Part shown: positions 10,873-20,928 of the stretch, in pieces
How positions within the stretch are numbered: position 1 is the first letter of the stretch
How the letters are laid out: each line of letters begins with the position of its first letter
Assembly: GCF_000281045.1 (NCBI RefSeq)
Contig: NW_008246118.1
Coordinates: 74,846-108,794 of the forward strand
Direction of reading: 5' to 3'
Length of the DNA stretch: 33,949 nt
From: Saprolegnia diclina VS20
Lineage: Eukaryota
The notes under the pieces: model-generated
The model's input: the letters and a program-made list of their open reading frames with translations, nothing else
Databases searched by the model: none
What the model was told of the DNA's origin: nothing
Position numbers and translations under genes: made by a program

Positions 10873-13800
10873 ATGGACAAGGACCTCCTGGGCAAGCGCA
10901 CCAAGCAGCACCGCAAGTCCACGAGCGGCGCCAAGGTCAACAAGAAGAAGCGCAACGACGCGCAGAAGAACGAGCAGGCCAAGAATGCCAAGAACAACCC
11001 CAAGGCCTTTGGCGTCTCCAAGATTGGCAAGGCCAAGCGCATGACGCAGCGCAACCTCGACAAGGCCCACCAAAAGGAGTACGTGCCGCAGGTCGACCGC
11101 ATGGAGGACACGCCGCCGCCTGTCTCGGTCGTCGTCATGGGCCCGCCCGGCTCGGGCAAGTCGACGCTCATCCGGTCGCTCGTCAAGCGCTACACGCGCC
11201 ACAACATTGGCGAGATCAAGGGCCCGGTCACGGTCATTAGCGGCAAGGACCGCCGCATCACGTTCTTCGAGTGCCCCAACGACCTCAACGCCATGATCGT
11301 ACGTTCCTTCCTTCTTCTCAACGACGTGCTCATGACGGCGAGTAGGATCTCGCCAAGATTGCCGACCTCGTCTTGCTCATGGTCGACGCCAGCTTTGGTT
11401 TCGAGATGGAGACGTTCGAGTTCCTCAACATCCTCCAGGTACCACCACCCTTCCTCCTCTGTGTGCTGAGGAATCGCGTAGGTCTCGGGCTTTCCCAAGG
11501 TCATGGGCATTCTCACGCACCTCGACAAGTTCAAGAACAACAAGAGTCTGCGCCAGACCAAGAAGCGTCTCAAAAGCCGCTTCTGGACCGAGATTTACCA
11601 GGGCGCCAAGCTCTTTTACTTCTCCGGCATCGTCTCCAACAAGGTTCGCTCTCCTCTTCGAAGGCTGCTTGGCTCATCTCTGTCCTAGTACCCGAAGGGC
11701 GAGATCAACAACATGATGCTGTACATCGCGCGCATCAAGTTCCGCCCGCTCACGTGGCGCAACTCGCACCCGTACCTGCTCGTCGATCGCTTCGAAGACG
11801 TGACGCACCCCGACGCGATCCAGCAAAACCCCGTGTGCGACCGCAAGGTCACGCTGTACGGGTACCTCCGCGGCACGCACCTCAAGCCCGGCATGAAGGT
11901 CCACGTCGCCGGCGCTGGCGACTTTTACATGGAGTCGGTCACGTCGCTTCCGGACCCATGCCCGTTGCCGTCCAAGAGCAGCGACAAGGTCAAGAAGCAC
12001 CTCTCGCAGAAGGACATTATGCTCTACGCGCCCATGTCCGAGTACGATTTCTCTCCATATCGAGTGGACGTGCACTCATATGTATGGGAGTAGCGTCGGC
12101 AACATTATGTTTGACAAGGACGCCGTGTACATCAACCTCGGGACTGTCAACTACTCCAAGAAGGACGACATTGAGGATGACGGCGATGAGACCGCCCAAG
12201 GCAAAGGCGGCGAAGGCACCGACATGGTCCAGAGCCTCCAGCAAATCGAGTCGGGTCTCGGCATCGACGAGCGTCTCAAGGGTGCGACCATGTCGCTCTT
12301 CAAGAACACGGCTGCGATCCGGGCGGACGAGCTCGACAGCGATGACGAGGATGACGACCAGGACGCAGAAGATGACGCTGCCAATGACAGTGACGATGAC
12401 GACGACGAGGACGACGAGGACGACGAAGATGATCAGGACACGTCCAAGGCGCGCAAGTCCAACCCGAAGGAGAGCATCGAGACGGACGCTTCCGGGCGCG
12501 TGCGTCGCCGCGCTGTTTTCGACATGAACGACGCTGGCTCGGACAACGACGACGAAGCCATGCGTGACGGCTCGTCCTCGGATGACAACGACTCTGAAGA
12601 TGACGAAGGTGACGAGGAAGATGACGAGGAGAACGAGGAAGCGGCGCCGGCCTCGGCGGAAGCGTCGCAGATGCGCTGGAAGGACAAGCTCGTCGAGCGC
12701 GCGGCGATGAATTTTCTCGAGCGCGAGCAGAGCGATATCAACCTCATGGAGCTCGTGTACGGCGCGACGGAGAAGCTCCATATTGCGGACGCGGACGCGG
12801 CCCGCGCCAACGACAGCGAGAACGACGACGACGACGACGACGATTTCTTCCGGCCCAAAAACGCCGCCAACAAGAAGAAGGACAAGAAGACGTCGTCGAC
12901 ATCGGACGATGGCGACGACATCAACAGCCTCGACTCGAGCAAGTATGTGCCTGCCGAGCTCCAGGCGTGGGACATGCCCGACCTTCTCGAGAGCCTCCGC
13001 AACAAGTTTGTCACGGGCTCGTGGAAGAAGCCGACAGCCGGTGACGACAACGACGTCGACATGGGCGACGATGACGTTGATGGGTCGTTCGAGGACCTGG
13101 AGACGGGGGAAGTCCACCGTGGCAAGGACGACGACGACAACGACGACGAGGACGCTGGCAGCGACGACGAAGCCCCGGAAGACGAGTCGCCCGAAGAGAT
13201 GCGCAAGCGCATTGGCGAAGAGAAGGCGCGGAAGCGTGCCAACTTGGACTCGGACGACGACAAGGACAAGGAAGAGGAGGACGAGGAGATCACCGAGATC
13301 ATGGCCGAGGCCAAGCGTCTCAAGGAAACCCAAGCGCTGCGCAACGCCGAAGAGTTTGGCAAGGAAGGCGAAGACACGCGTCTCCAGCTCGAAGGCTTCC
13401 GCAACGGCCTCTACGTGCGCATCGAGATTCACGGTGTCCCGAGCGAGTTTGTGACGTGCGCGAATCCCACGACGCCAATCGTGGTCGGCGGCCTCCTCCC
13501 GCACGAACACGCGCTCGGCCTCATGCGGCTCCGCATCAAGAAGCACCGCTGGCACCGCAAGGTGCTCAAGGCCAACGACCCGCTCGTGTTTTCGATCGGC
13601 TGGCGGCGGTTCCAGTCGCTGCCCCTCTTCTCGATCGAGGACCAGAACGAGCGCCATCGGTACCTCAAGTACACGCCCGAGCACATGCACTGCTCGGCGA
13701 CCATCTACGCGCCTATCTGCCCGCCCAACACGGGCGTCCTCGCCTTCCAGAACATGTCCAACAAGGTCGACGGCTTCCGCGTGAGTGCGACCGGCGTCGT

Positions 13801-14569
13801 CCTCGAGCTCGACCACACATTTTCGGTGATGAAGAAGCTCAAGCTCATTGGCCACCCGACCAAGGTGCACAAGAACACGGCGTTCCTCAAGGGCATGTTC
13901 AACACGGAGCTCGAAGTCGCCAAGTTTGAGGGCGCGAGTCTCCGTACGGTGAGTGGCATTCGTGGCCAAGTCAAGAAGGCGACGCGCGGCGGCAAGGGCG
14001 ACTTCCGTGCGACCTTCGAAGACAAAATTCTCAAGTCGGACATTGTGTTTTGCCGCACGTGGGTACCGGTGGAGCCCAAGCTGCTGTACAACCCGGTCAC
14101 GTCGCTCCTCGACCCCAAGTGGCGCCGCATGAAGACCATGCGCGAGTTGCGGCAGCAGAACCAGCTCCCGATTCCAGTCAACCCCGACTCGGTCTACAAG
14201 CCGATTGAGCGCAAGACCAAGATCTTCAACCCGCTCCGCGTGCCGGCCAAGCTCCAGGCGCAGCTGCCGTTTGCGAGCAAGCCCAAGCTCGACAAGAAGA
14301 AGGGCAAGAAGGCCGAGACGTACGTCACGAAGCGCGCGGTCGTCCTCGAGCCCGAAGAGCGCAAGAAGTATGCGCTCATTCAGCAAGTCAACACGCTCCG
14401 CCGCGAAAAGAACACGATCCGGGTCGCCAAGCAAAAGGAGCGGTCCAAAGAGAACCTCAAGCGCAAGGCCCGCGAAGAAGCCAAGTTTGCCGACGTCCAC
14501 AAGGCCGAGAAGAAAGCCAAGTACCGCGCGGCGGGCAAGGAGGCCGCGTACCGCGCGTCCAAGGCGTAG
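10873..14569 (+). CDS. BMS1: Ribosome biogenesis GTPase BMS1, 5 exons
   Basis: P-loop [52 protein letters not shown], an acidic central region and the C-terminal [41 protein letters not shown]. Introns at 11299-11345, 11439-11481, 11644-11688 and 12041-12093 keep the frame. Confidence 0.97.
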
Positions 14570-15000
14570 ACTTGTGTTTACGTTGTCAATTGGCTCGATA
14601 ATCTAGACTGTGTATGCTTTATCCACAAGCTTTCGCAATATTTGAATGCACACCCCCGCTTTTGCCAACTATTAGTCGGTTTCGAGACAAACAAGCTTGC
14701 TCTAGACCGCAGAAATCACTGTTCGTTGGCTCCATATCACAGGTCCCATCGATGCACCTGTAGGCCGTGTTCGGTTTTCTTTTTTTGGTAGATTCAGGTG
14801 GATCGAGGCAACCGTGGATCGGACGATATCGATTTTTTCGTGTTCGGTGAAAAAAAAAGGCGGATCGGGATGGCCAGGATCTTGAATCTCGGAATCCATG
14901 TCCCGCGGTGGATTTCGGCCATCGCAAAGTGAATCGGGCAATTTTATTAAAAGTACGATTAAAATTACAAGCGCTCAAAATTGCGCGCGCATTTGAACGG

Positions 15001-15597
15001 ATGGCCGACGACGACGACATAGTTCTCCTTGCGTGCGCCATGGCCGTAGCGGCGGCCGCATTAGCCATCAAGGACGAGCTTATCGACGATGACCCGCCCG
15101 ACCGTAAGCCGCAGCTCCGGTTCATGCGCCCCGAGACGTCGTACTTGGACTACCTAGACATGCAACGCGACCTCCTCCACGATCGCGGCGATCGTGTCAT
15201 CTACGACATTTTCCGCATGGACGATGCGAGCCTCCACGTGTTAGTTGCGATGGCGAAACCCTATCTACCGGGGCGTATCAACCCACGCGATGTGGTATGC
15301 GTCGTTGTGCATTGGCTGGCGACTGGGGCCTCGGTGCGTGCTCAGGAGCAGTTCTTCCTCGACAAAGGGTTCTCGACCCTCCTACCATTACCATACCATC
15401 GGACTCGTCGCTATCCTGCGCGGCCTCACAGCCAACGGGTTCTACGGAGAAGATATCAACGACCCGAGGCGGCTCGCAGCTTCCTGCGCTGCATTTGCCA
15501 CCAAGGACCCGTCGCTCGGCGCGTGCATTGGGGCTATTGATGGCACCCACATCCCTGTTGTGGTGCCGGTGCCCATGAGCGAGCGTTACCGCAACCG
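15001..15597 (+). pseudogene. 5' half of Harbinger DDE transposase, frameshifted and truncated
   Basis: ATG at 15001 (MADDDD..IFRMD..HWLATGASVR..FSTL). An extra C at about 15382 shifts into YHYHTIGL..CIGAIDGTHIPV..RYRNR, which carries the first catalytic Asp (IDGTH motif). The frame ends at a probable intron donor (gtatgc, 15598); the remaining D and E catalytic residues are absent. Confidence 0.85.
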
Positions 15598-15633
15598 GTA
15601 TGCCATCCTTGTGCTTGCCTCATCTCATCCACG

Positions 15634-15799
15634 TTATCCGTTCGTGATTGAGGCGTCCCTCGGCGCCATGTCTTTGGCGACGAGCGCCCAGCCAGTCGCC
15701 TTCAGGTTCTTGCCAGCCGACACGACATACTGTGGGCTCTTGGCGACATTGCGGAACGAGAGCCTCGAGCTCGCGCGTCCAGCTCGCCGGGGCCACCAT
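15634..15799 (-). pseudogene. 5' fragment of the Harbinger Myb/SANT-like DNA-binding partner gene
   Basis: Minus-strand ATG at 15799 gives MVAPASWTRELEAL, then a frameshift into LSFRNVAKSPQYVVSAGKNLKATGWALVAKDM. The W-T-x-E and G..K..GW..V pattern fits Myb/SANT-like Harbinger ORF2 proteins. It converges on the transposase. Confidence 0.65.
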
Positions 15800-16734
15800 G
15801 TTCCCGCCAAAAAAGAGCTGTGAACTTTTTTATTGGCCCGATTAAAATTGACGGCCAATTCAGGCCATTCGACCTTCGATCCAATCGTGTTCGGCGAGCA
15901 TTCCGGTGGTTGATCGGATGTGCCAGCCGGATCCACATCCGGCTGGATGAAGATTCCGCGAATCGACATCCCGGATGCCGATCCACTTTTTTTACCGAAC
16001 ACGGCCGTAGTGTGCCATGCCTTAGCGCGAGAAGAAATGCTTATACATGTGGATAGCGCACTCGGACTCAGCGTGTAGGAAATCGAGTTGTTGGCAAATC
16101 AATGTTGGAGCGGGAAATTGGCAAAAAGTTGGTAAGAAATTAGAGAGAAAGATAGAAATGGGACAAACGACTTCTCATAACACCAGCGTCCGCTCACACC
16201 GTCTTGGAATAGCAACGGTGGACGTTCATCAAGAGCCAGCAACTCAAAACTCAATTCGAGCTTCTGGCCGACATCCCGAGTCAACGGACGTGGTCACATA
16301 CGATCATCAAAGTCATTTGTGATGTCAACTTTGAAAACAAAGTAGAACAGAACTGTACTGTAGAAAATGATCCTGTATAAGTACGGTCTTGCTTCATTTT
16401 ACCGTAAATCTTACATTGCTACGTAAAACGTTGCACGTGTCCTTGCGTAGATTTCATCTCACCTCGTTGATAGGCAAATGAGATGGCGCTATTTCTGCAT
16501 GGCGCACAGAAATCCGCATAATATCAGGTGTTTCCGCATAAATTGGCGTATATGTACGGTAAATTTGACATGAGTAGCGTAATTTTGAGTCTGCACACTA
16601 TAAAATACAATGGAACATACTATATATAGTGATTTAAATAGTATACGCACTATCTTGGAAAATAATTTTTTAAACCAGGACACATGAAGTCCACAAACCG
16701 AAACATAGCCTTGAAAATAGGCTTTTCCGAGGGC

Positions 16735-16773
16735 TGTCGTGTTCGGGGCAGTGATCGGGGCCCGAACACGGCA
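16735..16773. repeat. 39-bp hairpin formed by two Harbinger-like TIR cores
   Basis: TGTCGTGTTCGGG ... CCCGAACACGGCA is a 12/13 inverted match. It shares the CGTGTTCGG core with the TIRs at 14763 and 16006. Confidence 0.6.
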
Positions 16774-17189
16774 AGCTTAGCTCTCGGCTTGCAGCACGCA
16801 AACATCTACGAGTATATGCAGTTCACATGAAAGTAAATACTGTGTCCTTAGCCAGCCTTGATTTCCTTGCCAGCAGCTCTGTTGCAAGTAATAGCTCTTC
16901 TCCCCTGTATTCCAACTTGGAGCACGGGGTTGGAGATTGGTACTTGGAGTCCCAAAGTACCAATACCAAAGATTCTTCTCTATCCGTGGCCTCGACACGG
17001 GCTGATAAGGTAATGATGGCAAGCAGTGCAGACGTCTTCCTGGCACATTGGGGGTGGGGGCAAAGACTGGTTTCTCTCGAGGCACCCAGAAAGGCGTTGG
17101 TTACGACGATGCTGCAGACTATTTATTGACTGCCGAGGCTAATATTACGACTGCACGTCGCTATTCATAGTCGCTCACTTGCCGTGGGC

Positions 17190-19505
17190 ATGGGCAACCA
17201 CGTGAGCGCGTACGTCCCGACGCACCAGCGGCTGCATGTGCTCGAGAACACGCCGTTTGCCATGTTCCTCAACAAGGAAGTGCTCCACGACATTGCCCTT
17301 TGCTTTGGCACCGTCAAGTTTGAGCCGGGTGCGCCCATCGTGTTTCAGAAGCATGAGCTCGTCATCGTCGCCAAAGGCACTGCGGACGTGAGCACGATCG
17401 TGCCCCAGACCGCGCACAAGAAGGTCAAGGTCACTGAAGTCCTCTGCAAGAAGCGCGTCGGCGACATTTTGACCAGCGTCACAAAAGCCACGGCCATCAT
17501 GCAGCGCAAGTCGTCGAGCGCCGCCAGTTACGCCGGTGGCAAGAACGTCACCGCGATGCTCGACCTCGTCACCGTACGTCGATTCCTCCACTGGCGCGTA
17601 GAGTAAGCTATACTACTTCGCAGGTGACAGCGGACAAGAAGGAAGGCTGCGTCGTCTTGCGCCTCAACAGAGAGCGTTTTCTCAAAATTCGATCCAAACA
17701 CATTCGGGACGTACGCCGCCACTCCGACGCCATGCTCGTTCTAGAGTCCTATTGCGTAGGGCACGTACCATTTGACGATCAACCGCGCGACCAAGTCGGC
17801 CGCCGACGACTGGCAGCTCATTTCGTCCATTGCTGACGAACAAGTTGTCGACTATCTCGGTACCGCCACTCACTGTAGACGCTTGGATCCACATGCCAGT
17901 AGCCGGCGTCCCCTTCTTTGCAGACGTGACGAGCACGCGGCTCCTCGGTCTCGCAGGCCTCTGCTCGTTTCTCGTCGTGCAGAAAGATGACGTCGTATGC
18001 CGCGAGAACGACCTCGGCGACCGCTTCTACATCTGCATCGAAGGCCTTTTGCAGGTGACGGTCACCAACCAAGCAGCCAAACCAACGCTGCACGTCTCGA
18101 CAAAGTCTATCTCGCAGCGCCGCCTCGAGCGCCACCGGCCGTCGCTCGCGATGAGCGAAGTGCTCATCCGACGGCTCGCAAACGGCAGCTACTTTGGCGA
18201 GATCTCGCTCTTGCTCAACGTCAAGCGCAGTGCGACGGTCAAAGCCGTGGAAAACTCGCTCTTGGTGTACATTGAAGCCCCGGCGTTCCGCAACTTTATC
18301 AAGGTCTGCCCCGACGTCAAGTCGGCCCTCGAAGAAGGTGCGGTTGCCGAATCTCACATGCTATCGACAAGTTGTCATTACTAGTCATCATTGCGCGCTT
18401 GCTGCAAATCACAACCAAGCACCACGTGCACAACTTTGTCGCTGCGATGAAGGGCGAAGATCAGTGCCGCATGGCCCAAGCCGGGTCGCTCACCGAAGTT
18501 ACCAAAGGCACGACGTTCATCCACGAAGACGACGAACCGAGTACGTTTCTGGTCACCTGAATTTTCGGCATTTTGACAATTTTCCAGTGTTTTATATCGT
18601 CTTGAACGGTCTTGTCGAGGTCGAGTACCCGTTTCCGACCGGCAAGTCGTACGTGACGCTGCCGCCCGGCGGCTACTGCGGTGAAATCTCCGTCATGCTC
18701 CACTGCAAGAGCCTCATCACGGCGACCGCGGCCGAAGACACGATCCTGCTCGTCATGACACCCGTCGCGTTCCATAGCCTCTTTTCTACGCTGCGCGAAG
18801 TCTTTTCCGAGTTTTTGCTCCGAAATCTCCAGGAACTTGCGCGCATCGAAGACGTTATCGACCACTACGAGGCGCACGAATTATGGCTCGTCTTTATCGA
18901 GTCGAGACCGACCAACTTTGGCGAAGCAACGCGGTACGCACCCCGCCTCGCAGCCGCAAAAGCCATCGTAGTATGAACCGAATAGTAGGACCATGATGAA
19001 CGGACTCGGCCTCTTGGAAGAAATTGAAGAATTCGTCGCGGGTTTTGCGTCCATGGACTTTGACGAGCTCCGGAAAAGCGCGCGGACCATCGTCAACGAC
19101 TATTTAAGCCTCGGGGCGCCCAAGCGGGTACGCGCTCGCGTGAAGTTGCGGGTAGAGACGTGATTGTGACGCTAGGTGCCCATCTCGGCCGAGGCAGTGG
19201 CGTCCGTTGCCGCGTCCGTGGAGCACCCCGAGCTCGACAAAGGTCTCTTCCGGGCAGTTCGCACCGAGATGCTTGGGCTCATGGGCGGCCCGACGTTCAC
19301 CGAATTTAAGTCGTCTCCAAAGTTCAAGGACCTCCTCGAGTCGTACGCGTGCGTGCCGGACATCCCGAGCCACCTCTCGCCGAGCATGCTGCGGCAGCTC
19401 AGCTTTGACGAGTTTTGCCGCCTGCCGCACACAATTGTTCATACGTACAGCTGGAGCCACCCGGACCGAATGCAGTCGCTTCAGAAGAACCGACCAGAGG
19501 ACTGA
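17190..19505 (+). CDS. Protein with three cyclic-nucleotide-binding domains and a C-terminal RGS domain, 8 exons
   Basis: N-terminus MGNHVS. CNB-B: VCRENDLGDRFYICIEG..GSYFGEISLLLNVKRSATVKA. CNB-C: FYIVLNGLVEV..GGYCGEISVML. RGS-like tail: IEDVIDHYEAHELWLVFI..LGLLEEIEEF..RKSARTIVNDYLSLGAPKRVPISAE..LFRAVRTEMLGLMGGPTFTEFKSSPKF. Seven GT-AG introns (first 17574-17623) keep the frame. Confidence 0.82.
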
Positions 19506-19574
19506 AGTGTAGTCGTTACTAGAGTAGTGGATAGGTATTTTCTCAACATGTAAAACATCTAGTCGTCGAAATGG

Positions 19575-20372
19575 CTACGAAGCTTGCATCGTAATCTCGA
19601 CCCAGCTCGCGTGGCGGTACCAGACGCGGCGTAGGCTCCACGAAATGTTGCGGGTCGCAAAGCACGGGCGGCGATTGAGTCGACCGAGCTGGCGCACGGC
19701 CGCGTCCTCGGCCTCTTTGATCTGGCCCCACGCGCAGTAGAGCGAGAGCCCGCCCGTGCAGATGCAGCAGCCATACCCAACCGACATGCACGGAACACAT
19801 GGCCAATGGTCGATGAGCGCTTCGTTGACGAGCTTCATGGCCGAGGTAAAGTCTTCTTCCGACATGAACGGCGCCAAGTCGGGCGGGAACCGAGCGTCGT
19901 ACTCGTTCGAGAGGCCGTTGATCCACGTGTCGCCCACCGCTGGCAACTTGCAGACCATCTTGGATACGGTGCTATTGCTGCTCATGGGAACGTACGGCTT
20001 GTGCTCGGACACGACGACGCCCAACGAATGGCTCTGGATCTCGGCGGGTGCAATGCTCGTCCAGAAGGCCGGCGCGGCCGCGTCCGACGGCGTCTCGACC
20101 CATGTGCAGAAGACGCGGAGGAGGTCGGCGGTCGTGTCGAGCTCGCTCGTCTTGACGAGCGCGTCAATGTGGATGGCCACGGACGTCGCTGGCTGCAACA
20201 CGCCTTGGTCGGGCTGCGCGCGATACCGGCTGTCGTCCGATGGCAGGACCTGGAAGGCCACCGGGTACTCGCAGTTGGACGTGAGCGTGAAGAGCGCCAC
20301 GGACGACGACCCGCAGAACTCGACGCTCTCGGTCGACACGAGCAGGAGCGGCTCCAAGGTCAAAGATCGCAT
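19575..20372 (-). CDS. MSP (PapD-like/VAP) domain fused to an ERF4/Golgin-A7-like domain
   Basis: N-terminal LLVSTESVEF..FTLTSNCEYPVAFQV..RYRAQPDQGVLQP..SVAIHI..DLLRV fits an MSP fold. C-terminal LSNEYDARFPPDLAPFMSEEDFTSAMKLVNEAL..GCCICTGGLSLY..LGRLNRRP..WVEI fits the ERF4/GCP16 pattern. The first in-frame ATG is at 20372; an upstream exon is not excluded. Confidence 0.72.
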   Translation of the reverse strand: MRSLTLEPLLLVSTESVEFCGSSSVALFTLTSNCEYPVAFQVLPSDDSRYRAQPDQGVLQPATSVAIHIDALVKTSELDTTADLLRVFCTWVETPSDAAAPAFWTSIAPAEIQSHSLGVVVSEHKPYVPMSSNSTVSKMVCKLPAVGDTWINGLSNEYDARFPPDLAPFMSEEDFTSAMKLVNEALIDHWPCVPCMSVGYGCCICTGGLSLYCAWGQIKEAEDAAVRQLGRLNRRPCFATRNISWSLRRVWYRHASWVEITMQAS

Positions 20373-20928
20373 TGCCGTCGAGGTGGCCAACCTGCTTCTG
20401 CCCGTCCTTGCTACAATGAGAATCGAATATCGGACTTAACGCGTTGTACTTGGTATTTGTATGTATCCTCATTAAATGCGCTTGATCCCATCTCACGTTC
20501 TCACGCTATTTTCACGCAACCCTCCTCGGACAACAGTCTCGGCGGGTCGTGGCCACTACGTGGAGTCAGCACCGACTGCCGTCTATACGAGCGCGCTTCG
20601 ACTGAAATGGGGACTGAATTTAGCTGAATTTGAAATTGCGTGTTGATAGGCCACAGGAAACGACGAGTAATGGGTCATCTCGTCCAGTTTCGACTCGGCA
20701 AGTCGAAGACACTCCTGCATGTGGACATGGACCATCGATTGGAGTTACCCGAGCCAAGGGTTTATAAGAAATCATATCTCTTATATACTCTTGCCCGAGT
20801 GCAACGCGGCCGACGACCCAGCACGAGCACGCAGATTTTCTCTGGCTTGGATAGGTTGTGTTTTCTTAGACCCGCACTTGAACGGACCAATTTCGAAAGA
20901 GTTGGGAAACTTCAGCGCAAGGTTGAAG

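Larger units (their letters stand above)
14763..16006. mobile_element. Non-autonomous, internally deleted PIF/Harbinger DNA transposon (1244 bp)
   Basis: Perfect 13-bp TIRs GGCCGTGTTCGGT (14763-14775) and ACCGAACACGGCC (15994-16006). The 3-bp target-site duplication GTA lies at 14760-14762 and 16007-16009. Contains a DDE_Tnp_4 transposase remnant and a Myb/SANT remnant. Confidence 0.9.

Noticed and set aside
12335..13290. GAC/GAT/GAG triplet runs
   Set aside because: They encode the normal acidic central region of BMS1 and are not an independent repeat or array.
12017..14500. 827-aa antisense ORF over BMS1, and many similar shadow ORFs over other genes
   Set aside because: Expected by-product of strong GC3 codon bias on the opposite strand; no recognisable motifs.
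15001..15597. Domesticated HARBI1-like host gene
   Set aside because: Frameshifted, truncated and enclosed by TIRs with a TSD, so it is a transposon remnant.
16777..17129. Overlapping ~100-aa ORFs upstream of the cNMP-RGS gene
   Set aside because: No domain signal, low GC3 and no convincing splice link to the downstream gene.
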